Notes under the pieces: generated by a model
Seen by the model: the letters and a program-made list of their open reading frames with translations, nothing else
Databases searched by the model: none
What the model was told of the DNA's origin: nothing
Made by a program: the position numbers and the translations under genes
IMG/VR virus record: IMGVR_UViG_3300048930_000283
Length of the DNA: 64,000 nt
Strand: one strand, 5' to 3'
Origin: a virus
Lineage: Duplodnaviria > Heunggongvirae > Uroviricota > Caudoviricetes
Part shown: positions 9,813 to 17,801 of the stretch, in pieces
Layout of the letters: each line of letters begins with the position of its first letter
How positions within the stretch are numbered: the first letter of the stretch is position 1

Positions 9813-9820
9813 TATTTATG
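9813..9820 (-). promoter_or_regulatory. Late promoter-like box CATAAATA, 57 nt upstream of the gp18 ATG.
   Basis: 7/8 match to TATAAATA on the minus strand. The spacing is longer than for the other candidates, so this is weak. Confidence 0.25.
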
Positions 9821-9822
9821 TT

Positions 9823-11541
9823 TCACAACAGTTCACGAAGGCCTAAGTACTCAGGAGATTCTTCGTTAATCCAGTCCTGGCTAGTTATGATGGTAGGTGG
9901 CATGAGTTCATCTTCCATTTCCCTTACCTTATCACTGTACATTCTCGACCTAATATCCTTATCAGTTAGGTCACTAAACCATGGTTGCATTACGAGCCAA
10001 GCAAATAACCAAAGAACTGCTACAGAATCATCACGGAAACCCTCATCTGCCTCCCAGTTACCCGAGTCACTCTGCACGAAAGTTGCCAACTCCTGAATCA
10101 TTTGCCAATCATCTACTATTAGTTGCTTCTTCTCGATAATATCCTTAAGGTTAGCGCAACCAATTCTCTTAGTCTTCTTAGTGGTTCTGATACCAGGATA
10201 GTCATCTGCACCCTGCTTACCCAGAACATCACCTGTCTTAGTCCAGAACATCTCACCATATTCGTAAGTATAGTAAATTTCCTCTGCTACTTGACCACCA
10301 ATGTCATTGATCTCTACTAGGATATATGCGTCATTGTACTTCTTAGCCATGTTGTAGCAGATAGCAGAGTACATCAGTGGTGCTATATCTGCGTTGTTGT
10401 ACGTGGCAACAATCTTATGTGGATACTCAGTAACGTCAAATATACCGAACGCTGAGGAATCTAAGTGTCTGCCTCTGGATACGTCTACTGTCATGACATA
10501 CTTACGATCTACATCAGGCTTTTCATATATTTTAAGACCCTTATATTCACCTTTTGCATGTTGGAAATCTGGATTTCTATATGCTAATGCTCTGAGTGTT
10601 TCTCCAGTCAGCAACGTTTTAGACGACCCGAGAAATTCCATGCCAACCTCTTGGGTATACTTTAACTCACCCAAGACAGCTTTCTGTTCATCCGCCCATT
10701 TTTGATCTCTCTCTGGATGTTCCCACCAATCAAATCTTTGATGAATAAATCCATTGATACCTTTTTCAGCGTCGGTCCAAAATTTATAGAACATATTATA
10801 TCCATTTGGTGTGGAAGACATAAGAATCTTAGTCTCTTTACCAGATGATAATGTAGGGAACACTGATGTAAAAAATTCATCTGCTACGTGATTTTCAACG
10901 TGAGCAAATTCGTCGAGGTACAAAAGTGAAATAGAGTATCCTCGAATTGCGCTAGAACTTGTGGCGGACGCTAGAACACGGGATCCATTTTCTAACGCTA
11001 CTGATCCCTTATTCCACTCTACCACACCAGACTGCATCCATTTAGGGAGAAATTCATATGCAGTTTCAACTCGTTGTAGAATTTCTCTAGCTGTCTGTGC
11101 TTTATTAGCTAGAATAGCAACTGTTTTCTCGTCATTGAAAAGAATATACCAACAGATAAATGCTGCCGTTGTCGTGGTATTATGATGTAATAATCCATTA
11201 GCATAGAATGTGTGGTTCCCAGTAACTGAAAGGTCGTACATATGTTCTTTTCTATCAGTTTTTGTTATTGTTATTACTTCTTCTAATCCATATTGTCCCT
11301 TAATTAGATCACCGCACCTCAAATCTTTAACAAATACCTCAGAATTATTTTCGAGAAAAACTATATGATTGTCTGCACATTCTACTGAGCAGTTTGTTGT
11401 TACTAATTGATAAACCTCATATTCAATGGTCTTATTGATATGAGTCACATCAACCCATCCATCCTCCGTTTCTATTTCCCAATCAGAAACTTCAACAGTA
11501 TCTACAAATTTTCTCTCTATTGAGTCAGAAAGTTTATACAT
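9823..11541 (-). CDS. gp17: Large terminase subunit, C-terminal fragment (572 aa). The first roughly 121 aa are the C-terminal part of a split mini-intein (Hint blocks B, F, G). Residues from Thr122 on are the TerL C-extein (rest of the ATPase plus the nuclease domain).
   Basis: The N-terminus carries ...ECADNHIVFLENNSEVFVKDLRCGDLIKG (block B-like: TxxH variant, then L..GD) and EHMYDLSVTGNHTFYANGLLHHN (blocks F/G, terminal HN), followed by +1 Thr. The extein TTTAAFICWYILFNDEKTVAILANKAQ...GSRVLASATS...LLYLDEFAHV...STPNGYNMFYKFWTD aligns with T4 gp17 from just after its Walker A (SRQLGK|TTVVAIF...). Confidence 0.9.
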   Translation of the reverse strand: MYKLSDSIERKFVDTVEVSDWEIETEDGWVDVTHINKTIEYEVYQLVTTNCSVECADNHIVFLENNSEVFVKDLRCGDLIKGQYGLEEVITITKTDRKEHMYDLSVTGNHTFYANGLLHHNTTTTAAFICWYILFNDEKTVAILANKAQTAREILQRVETAYEFLPKWMQSGVVEWNKGSVALENGSRVLASATSSSAIRGYSISLLYLDEFAHVENHVADEFFTSVFPTLSSGKETKILMSSTPNGYNMFYKFWTDAEKGINGFIHQRFDWWEHPERDQKWADEQKAVLGELKYTQEVGMEFLGSSKTLLTGETLRALAYRNPDFQHAKGEYKGLKIYEKPDVDRKYVMTVDVSRGRHLDSSAFGIFDVTEYPHKIVATYNNADIAPLMYSAICYNMAKKYNDAYILVEINDIGGQVAEEIYYTYEYGEMFWTKTGDVLGKQGADDYPGIRTTKKTKRIGCANLKDIIEKKQLIVDDWQMIQELATFVQSDSGNWEADEGFRDDSVAVLWLFAWLVMQPWFSDLTDKDIRSRMYSDKVREMEDELMPPTIITSQDWINEESPEYLGLRELL

Positions 11542-12545
11542 TTATCTATTGTACCTTGTTTATCTTTCTTATAATCTTTTTCTCTAATTCTAAGTAACTT
11601 ATATCCATCTTTAATTAAGAGTTCCTCACGGAACTTCTCTCTGGTAGGATTAACTCTTGATTCAGAATGCCAATAATCACCATCAAATTCTATTACTTTT
11701 TTAGTTTTGACATCTACAAAATCTAACAACAGTCCTCTATTTTCTATCATTAATCTGAACTCTTTATTTTTATACTTTTTCATGTCAGATCTATCATAAG
11801 TTGCATAATAAATGTTCTCACTAATATACAACTTCACAATCTCATTAAAAAGCTCCTGAGATATTTTACTATAATTTTGCTTTTTAAAATTCTTAATCCA
11901 TTTTTCAGTTTTCATTGAGTACTTTTTTGTACCTATCTCAGTTCCATACTTAGTGGTAAACCAATTAAGATTTTTTGTTTGTGCTTTTTTATATTCAAAG
12001 TCTGAGTTATAGTATTCTCTGCAAAACGCATTTCTGCTTTTATCATTTAATGTTGGGTTATTTAGTTTGGCTTTAGATTTTGCTATTTTTACTATTTCTT
12101 CATTATGAACAATTGATTTTGATGACCAAGGTGAAAATTTACCTCCATGAGCATACGCAGGATTATTCTTTCCTCTAAATTTATCAGCTAATCTTTCATT
12201 CTTTAATTGCATATTGTTTGTAACAATGCGGTATTCTTTTGCACTAACATTGTGCATTTTATAATGAGTTTGTAACGTCTCAGCTCTATAACTACAAAGA
12301 GGACACTCTACCCAATTCTCTTTATTTTCTTTTGTATAAACTAAATGTGACTCCTTCACTGCACAACTTAAACATATCCTTTGCTTATATTTTACCTCAT
12401 TGCATTTACTGCATGTATTCCATCCATCATTTATACATGAATCACATAACTTCTGTTTCCACATCCCTAGAAAGTCATTTTGACACCTTAAACACACCTT
12501 TTTCAGTGTCTTGTTTGAACCCTTCTTTGAACTTTTGCCATTCAT
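11517..12545 (-). mobile_element. Free-standing homing endonuclease (342 aa) between the two terminase fragments. N-terminal Cys-rich zinc-finger-like region and C-terminal Vsr-like PD-(D/E)xK nuclease (EDxHD-type family).
   Basis: CxxC clusters (CLRCQ, CDSC, CSKC, CLSC, CPLC). Near the C-terminus, IEFDGDYWHSESRVNPTREKFREELLIKDGYKLLRIRE resembles the Vsr/DUF559 catalytic core (FVDGCFWH...). It is in a different frame and overlaps both terminase fragments (71 nt and 25 nt). Confidence 0.7.
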
Positions 12546-12918
12546 AAAACTCTCCTAAAGTAACTTCAACTATCTTATTAGTTGATTTTTGTTTTAACTT
12601 TACTTTAGTATTTATTCCCAAACACTTCCCTGCTTGGCGAAACAACATCGTGATAACCTTTCGATTATCAGCATACGCCTGAATCATTTTCTTTTGGTAT
12701 GGATACAACTTAAATGGTATTAGGCCTCGGTCAACATGTACTACCTTGACATAATTCTCAATAAAATAGATTGGGTCTTTTCGGCATCTCTTCAACTCGT
12801 CAAACATACTTTTAGTTAAAGAGACCTCCATTCCAGCAGGCCGCAAATTTGAATTATTGCGGAATGCTAGTTGTTGTAGATACTGCTCTATAGATAATGG
12901 GAGATCTAAGTTACTCAC
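12475..12918 (-). CDS. gp17: Large terminase subunit, N-terminal fragment (147 aa). The TerL N-extein runs up to the Walker-A GK. From Cys99 on (about 12478..12624) it is the 49-aa N-terminal part of the split intein. GTG start overlaps the gp16 stop.
   Basis: ELKRCRKDPIYFIENYVKVVHVDRGLIPFKLYPYQKKMIQAYADNRKVITMLFRQAGK aligns with T4 gp17 up to its P-loop (...SRQLGK). Then CLGINTKVKL is an intein block A-like start, and the ORF stops 49 aa later. Confidence 0.85.
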   Translation of the reverse strand: MSNLDLPLSIEQYLQQLAFRNNSNLRPAGMEVSLTKSMFDELKRCRKDPIYFIENYVKVVHVDRGLIPFKLYPYQKKMIQAYADNRKVITMLFRQAGKCLGINTKVKLKQKSTNKIVEVTLGEFYEWQKFKEGFKQDTEKGVFKVSK

Positions 12919-13366
12919 TCTTGGTTTCTTCTTCCTTTAACAGTGCATTGATGTTTCTAGATGTTCCTTGATACACTATACCCTCTGCTGCGTGTGCTGC
13001 TGGCAGTGGAATATGTTTTCCTGTTCTGACTTGTTTTATTACCTTGATATCTTCCTTTTCTCTAGCCAACTTCATGAGAGAGATGTTCATATCTGAAACA
13101 TTCTTAAGAAGTCCAGAGAGCACTTCAACTGCTCTTGGATTATCAGTCTGTTTAAGAATGCGAAGAGCATCACCCAACGCAGACTTGCCGGTCATCAATA
13201 GTTCATATTGATAACCCCTAGCATAGTCGTAGTCAGCGTCCTCTGCTTCTTTTGAATCTTGTATCACTACCAGGTTGTTGTTTTCTTCTGATTTTTGTTC
13301 TACTGGCTCTACATCAAATACTTCTTCTAACTTCTGTGTCATTAGAAATCGCTTTCTCCAAACCAC
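12911..13366 (-). CDS. gp16: Small terminase subunit (gp16-like; 151 aa).
   Basis: It sits immediately upstream of gp17. DADYDYARGYQYELLMTGKSALGDALRILKQTDNPRAVEVLSGLLKNVSDMNISLMKL parallels the recalled gp16 central helical region. Confidence 0.75.
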   Translation of the reverse strand: MVWRKRFLMTQKLEEVFDVEPVEQKSEENNNLVVIQDSKEAEDADYDYARGYQYELLMTGKSALGDALRILKQTDNPRAVEVLSGLLKNVSDMNISLMKLAREKEDIKVIKQVRTGKHIPLPAAHAAEGIVYQGTSRNINALLKEEETKSE

Positions 13367-14127
13367 TTTTCATCTATTACGTAAGTATCATCTTTGTTGG
13401 CACTCAATGGATTCACTTGATATACATGCCTATAATCTCCTGTTGCCTCTTGCCCAGTACCATCACCTTGCATTTGCTCAAGGTCTGTGTATGTAGTTTT
13501 AATGATCTTATTATTGTATGGAATGGGTCCGAATAGATCCAACTTAGCAACAAAGTTGAACGTCTGTACTACTGATCTTAGATTATCTGGTGATCCCTCA
13601 TACGAATCTGCAACATCTACACCCTGCAGCACCAAAGGAATATCCTTTCTGATTTGAAACTCAGGTATCACTTCAACTGAGATAGTCATACTTGGTGAAA
13701 AATATGGTAGAACTTGCTCAAGAATTTGTAGTGATTCTTCCTGAGAGTTACACATTGAGTATAAACCAATATGCACGTCGTAAGGTACTGGATTGAATAT
13801 TTTAGCTCTCATATCATCTATAGTACCTATACGATATGATCCCTGAGTACCAATTTTTCTAGCAGCGTCAAACCTGTAATCAATTACTTCAAAACTCAAT
13901 CTAGGTAGAGTTATTTGAAGTCCTTTAGTATAATCGGGTCTTTCACGAAGCATGCTTAACCACTTATCCTTAGGACCATATGCAATAGGAACGTCTAAAA
14001 CCTGCTCAGCTACACCGGCATCATTAGTTCTAGATATTCTCATACCACTAAATAGGTTACCAAAGGCGATAACCAATTTTCTTATGGTTCCGTGATAATA
14101 TGGCTGAAGTTTAAATATCTGTGTCAT
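13342..14127 (-). CDS. gp15: Tail sheath stabiliser / tail completion protein (gp15-like; 261 aa).
   Basis: Blocks match T4 gp15: IRKLVIAFGNLFSGMRISR; LQILEQVLPYFSP; TTYTDLEQ. Correct position. Confidence 0.85.
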   Translation of the reverse strand: MTQIFKLQPYYHGTIRKLVIAFGNLFSGMRISRTNDAGVAEQVLDVPIAYGPKDKWLSMLRERPDYTKGLQITLPRLSFEVIDYRFDAARKIGTQGSYRIGTIDDMRAKIFNPVPYDVHIGLYSMCNSQEESLQILEQVLPYFSPSMTISVEVIPEFQIRKDIPLVLQGVDVADSYEGSPDNLRSVVQTFNFVAKLDLFGPIPYNNKIIKTTYTDLEQMQGDGTGQEATGDYRHVYQVNPLSANKDDTYVIDEKWFGESDF

Positions 14128-14130
14128 ATT

Positions 14131-14874
14131 TTAACCAAATGGGTTTGTCACGTTGAATCCAATATCAGTAGCATGACCTTCGAATTCTGTCTTATATTGT
14201 ATTGTTGGTGGTGTTACATCTTGCTCGAGCAGTATTGAACCACGGAACTCTTGCACTAACACGTCTCCTGTCTCCAACAATAACTGATTCTGCAGTAGAT
14301 CAAATGATTCGGTTTCGAACGCATCAATCTCAGCAATACCTGTAGCAATGCCCTGAGAATCGTACTGATATGCTTCGCAACTTAAGTGATACAAATAATT
14401 TTTACCTACTTGGTAAAACTCTGTGTCATGATCTACGAACTTGATTTCCATCAAGAATTTAGTTAATGGATCATAAATCAGGTCACCTTCCTGAGGCCTC
14501 TTATTATTCAATACGTCGAATGTTGCCTCACCATTAAGAGCATTATTATCAAATTGGGTTTTGACCTCAGCTTCCCATCTGTCATTGGACACTATCAGAG
14601 TATATGAATTCTGAATAGATAACCCAAACTTACTGAACATCTCCTTATCACCTTGGAACCCCTGAGTATCAGCCATATACATTTCTATAGGGATAGCAAG
14701 AGTAAACTTCGATATGACGTCCTCACCCAGTACTAAGTCAATCTTCTGTAAGTCCCGTGGCAAGTAGTAATATGTCCGCCCCAAAACTTGAATAGCTTCA
14801 GTTTTAAGACCATTGAATAGAGACTGCTCAGTGGCAGTGTCCTTAGGGAAATAAGAATTGACAAGTGATGCCAT
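14131..14874 (-). CDS. gp14: Neck protein (gp14-like; 247 aa).
   Basis: Position between gp13 and gp15 and size (T4 gp14 is about 256 aa). No strong motif recalled. Confidence 0.6.
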   Translation of the reverse strand: MASLVNSYFPKDTATEQSLFNGLKTEAIQVLGRTYYYLPRDLQKIDLVLGEDVISKFTLAIPIEMYMADTQGFQGDKEMFSKFGLSIQNSYTLIVSNDRWEAEVKTQFDNNALNGEATFDVLNNKRPQEGDLIYDPLTKFLMEIKFVDHDTEFYQVGKNYLYHLSCEAYQYDSQGIATGIAEIDAFETESFDLLQNQLLLETGDVLVQEFRGSILLEQDVTPPTIQYKTEFEGHATDIGFNVTNPFG

Positions 14875-14875
14875 T

Positions 14876-15817
14876 TTAGCCTATTTCGAAAAATAAAGGA
14901 GCAGAGTTATTGGTTGCTTCCTGTTCCAACTCCTTTATCTCAGCAACAGCCTCGTCATATATCTGTTGACCATTATAGGTAAGTCCACCAGGTAAAGTCA
15001 TACCAGTATATTTTCGTAGATTAGAACCCCAGACCTTCTTAACCTGAGCAGTAGCGTACTTCTTCAACCAAACATCATTGAGCATCTCACCATAAGTGGT
15101 GTCGTCAAGTGCCTTATACACTTCAATCACTAAGTAGTCTCCAATCTTAACGTCACCCGCCCAATTTATGTCTAAGAAGACTTTATTCTGCCTACGATTG
15201 AATCTGAACGTCTTCTCTTTTCTTAGTATGAAGTCAAGGTGACTCATGTAGTTCATGACACCATACAGATACTGAGTCTGTGCTGCTGCGATGTTCTGAA
15301 TCTCACTTAGCATCATCTGATACTGAGCGTTAAACATATAGTCTGTAGAAGTAAGAACGTTCGTTAAGTTAATCACCTTAACCACGCTTACTATAGGGTC
15401 TGGCATGTCGATATAGCCTAGGTCCATAGTACCTTCAGTCACTGTAGTAATGGCAGTACTGTCTAGGTTGGCATTCTGGATTACTTCAGTGTTAGATAGG
15501 TGGGTGTCACCTGACATCTTACCTATAGTTAGAGTGTTACCATTCTTCTCTAAAATAGTTGCTGTAGCAAGAGAGGTCTGGCCAGTAATAACTTGGTTTA
15601 CTTCAAAATTGGTAGCGTCTGCCACTAACAGTGTCGTAGCTGTTACTTTATGCTTGACGAAGTCTCTTTCTATACCATCGAAGTGATACTCATTGTAATA
15701 TTGAATGGCTAGCTCTATTGCATCTTCTAACTGTTCGTTGGAAACTTCAATGTTAACTACACCACCACCCAATTGTCTTAGGCAAAAATTAGCTAAATCC
15801 TGTCTAGTTGTAATCAT
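14876..15817 (-). CDS. gp13: Neck protein (gp13-like; 313 aa).
   Basis: N-terminal RQDLANFCLRQLGGGVVNIEVSNEQLEDAIELAIQYYNEYHFDG and C-terminal KYTGMTLPGGLTYNGQQIYDEA...PLFFEIG match T4 gp13 ends. Confidence 0.9.
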   Translation of the reverse strand: MITTRQDLANFCLRQLGGGVVNIEVSNEQLEDAIELAIQYYNEYHFDGIERDFVKHKVTATTLLVADATNFEVNQVITGQTSLATATILEKNGNTLTIGKMSGDTHLSNTEVIQNANLDSTAITTVTEGTMDLGYIDMPDPIVSVVKVINLTNVLTSTDYMFNAQYQMMLSEIQNIAAAQTQYLYGVMNYMSHLDFILRKEKTFRFNRRQNKVFLDINWAGDVKIGDYLVIEVYKALDDTTYGEMLNDVWLKKYATAQVKKVWGSNLRKYTGMTLPGGLTYNGQQIYDEAVAEIKELEQEATNNSAPLFFEIG

Positions 15818-16328
15818 GCTCTACCTTTATTAGGTTTGACTGCCACCTAACCATGGCTTCATTTGTTATATCATCTGGTGTTAGTCCATCAAACAACTCT
15901 CCATCTGCTTCATATGTAGCGTTTACCAGCTCAGCACAGTGCCATTTATTGTCATCCCCTGCCTTTAACATACCGAAATATGTTTTGAATGCTTGCCAAC
16001 GAGAATATTTACTGCCAATTCTATTAAACGCCCAATCTATTGCGTTCCCACTTAACACCTTTTTTCGATGTAAGATGAAACTGGGTAAATCATCAGATAT
16101 TGGTCTCAATAAAACTCCATGACCTGTAGCATCAAAAACCATAATTCTATTCCTAACCCAAACAGCAATTCCTATATGACTATAAGCAGATTGCGTGAAT
16201 GCTCTAACTGCCCATATCTGAATTGCATCAATCGGTTTTCTCCAATTGGGTTCAGTTGCCCATATCAAAAGATCGCCAGTTTTTATTGAAGACCTTACCT
16301 TTGAATATTTCATCTTAGTGTTTTCCAA
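15804..16328 (-). CDS. Putative circularly permuted papain-fold peptidase (YiiX/NlpC-P60-like; 174 aa).
   Basis: His motif SAYSHIGIAVWV precedes Cys motif NKWHCAELVNATY. The His-before-Cys order and local context resemble permuted NlpC/P60 (YiiX-like) enzymes. Assigned by motif only. Confidence 0.45.
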   Translation of the reverse strand: MENTKMKYSKVRSSIKTGDLLIWATEPNWRKPIDAIQIWAVRAFTQSAYSHIGIAVWVRNRIMVFDATGHGVLLRPISDDLPSFILHRKKVLSGNAIDWAFNRIGSKYSRWQAFKTYFGMLKAGDDNKWHCAELVNATYEADGELFDGLTPDDITNEAMVRWQSNLIKVEHDYN

Positions 16329-16954
16329 GGACTCAGTGAGAACACTGGACTTCTCAACCTATCCTTCTCATCTGCATCCTGTGGCATTTCAGCGTGTGAT
16401 AACTTAAACTTGTACCCAATATCCAACATCAATGCTCGGTCCTGTTTAAATGGTATTGCCCATGAAATAAACATTCTATAGTAACTTCCACCTGTATCAC
16501 GATCAGTGGCCTTAAGGAACTGAGCACACTTGTGCCCGGGTTCCTCAATTACCTTATCATCTCCCCAAACCTTTTCAATGTCACATTTAGAAACATCAAA
16601 ACAAGCAACATTTCTACTGTAATAGTTTGATGGGTTCCTTATAGCACCCCACAACCACATACACCAAGGATGGTCTGCCCTCTTATTATACTTCTTAAGA
16701 CATTGGTCGTTCCAATATCCGCGTTTATCACCTAGTAGACCATCATATTGATTGTCCCACCATAGTAACCATTCAGGTAAACGAACTAACTGCCACTTTA
16801 GTTCATGAGGGAATTGCGTAAATTCCCTCTCTGTTTCTGGGAATTTACGCAAAAATAGAAGACCAATCGCAACTGTTACTAATCCAATAACCTTTATTGG
16901 TATTGAAACTAAAAAATTAAACAGTGAACGGTATAACCACTCGGCATACATCAA
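16310..16954 (-). CDS. Membrane-anchored protein (214 aa; N-terminal transmembrane helix, Trp/Cys-rich ectodomain).
   Basis: Hydrophobic segment FLVSIPIKVIGLVTVAIGLLFL. No recognised catalytic motif. Confidence 0.5.
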   Translation of the reverse strand: MMYAEWLYRSLFNFLVSIPIKVIGLVTVAIGLLFLRKFPETEREFTQFPHELKWQLVRLPEWLLWWDNQYDGLLGDKRGYWNDQCLKKYNKRADHPWCMWLWGAIRNPSNYYSRNVACFDVSKCDIEKVWGDDKVIEEPGHKCAQFLKATDRDTGGSYYRMFISWAIPFKQDRALMLDIGYKFKLSHAEMPQDADEKDRLRSPVFSLSPWKTLR

Positions 16955-17173
16955 TCAACCCTTCTTAAAAATACCTCGGGCGTTGTATAACCAAACCAAA
17001 GCCGCAATAAGTTGCTCGATTGCAGGCCATTTCGCTTCAATATTTTCAATAACCTCAGCCAACATCAACTTTGCTGCAGCCAGTTTCTCAGGTCCTTTGC
17101 CCGGCTCTGGTAACGCACCCTCAACTGCTTTAACAACAGTTACTACTGCCTTGATTGTATCTAAAATAATCAT
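16955..17173 (-). CDS. Small hydrophobic/amphipathic protein (72 aa).
   Basis: A complete ORF abutting its neighbours with no gaps. Composition is helical. Confidence 0.4.
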   Translation of the reverse strand: MIILDTIKAVVTVVKAVEGALPEPGKGPEKLAAAKLMLAEVIENIEAKWPAIEQLIAALVWLYNARGIFKKG

Positions 17174-17454
17174 TTTTTACTCTCCTTATCAGTCAATCCA
17201 ATTCTCTTAGTTGTAATCACTGTAATTATGGTATTTGCTATAGCAAGAATACCTCCAGCAAGTGCAACCACCTGTTCATTATTTATTGAAACATCAAATC
17301 CAAATGCAGAACCTACTTGTAATAACGCAACGATAAAAACAGTAAGAGCATTTACAGACACTTGCCCTAACTTCCACGTTTCTACATTTGAAACCTCTTT
17401 TCCTTTATGAAAAAGATCATAAAGAAGTTTTAACTTCGTGATTATTCCTGACAT
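17170..17454 (-). CDS. Small two-TM membrane protein (94 aa), holin-like topology.
   Basis: Two hydrophobic helices (ALTVFIVALLQVGSAFGF; VVALAGGILAIANTIITVI) and a charged C-terminus (KRIGLTDKESKK). Confidence 0.45.
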   Translation of the reverse strand: MSGIITKLKLLYDLFHKGKEVSNVETWKLGQVSVNALTVFIVALLQVGSAFGFDVSINNEQVVALAGGILAIANTIITVITTKRIGLTDKESKK

Positions 17455-17784
17455 TTAAGCACTCCCTGATGGTAGATCAATGGACACCACCTTACCCACC
17501 ATCTTCTTTATATCAGCCATTGTGGTGTCGGTGTTTGGGTCAGCAACCTTATCCTTCATTACAAAGAAATCAATTGGAGCATGACCTAAAATAAAGTTTT
17601 TAAGGTCATCTCCTGTGGGTGCAGGTATAGGTAATGTGATTGCATAATCCGTTCTATATCTGACTGGATTACCATTATGATCGTATGCTGACACTTCAGG
17701 TTTATATGAATCCGTGTAGAACCTAACTACTATTTGGTGATCAGCTTCATTGACTTCTATTATTTTATACTTTATCTTTTTCAT
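17455..17784 (-). CDS. Hypothetical protein (109 aa).
   Basis: Complete ORF in an operon-like arrangement. Confidence 0.5.
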   Translation of the reverse strand: MKKIKYKIIEVNEADHQIVVRFYTDSYKPEVSAYDHNGNPVRYRTDYAITLPIPAPTGDDLKNFILGHAPIDFFVMKDKVADPNTDTTMADIKKMVGKVVSIDLPSGSA

Positions 17785-17801
17785 AAACTCTCACGTGTCT
17801 A

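Noticed and set aside
12332-12547. 71-aa plus-strand ORF overlapping the terL-N / homing-endonuclease junction
   Set aside because: It is antisense to two well-supported minus-strand genes, has a TTG start and no Shine-Dalgarno. Likely spurious.
9823-12918. Interpretation of terL as a frameshifted pseudogene or assembly error
   Set aside because: Both fragments carry the expected intein boundary residues (GK|C ... HN|T) and recognisable Hint blocks. The intervening DNA encodes a complete, differently framed endonuclease gene. A simple indel would not produce this. Read-level confirmation is still advisable.
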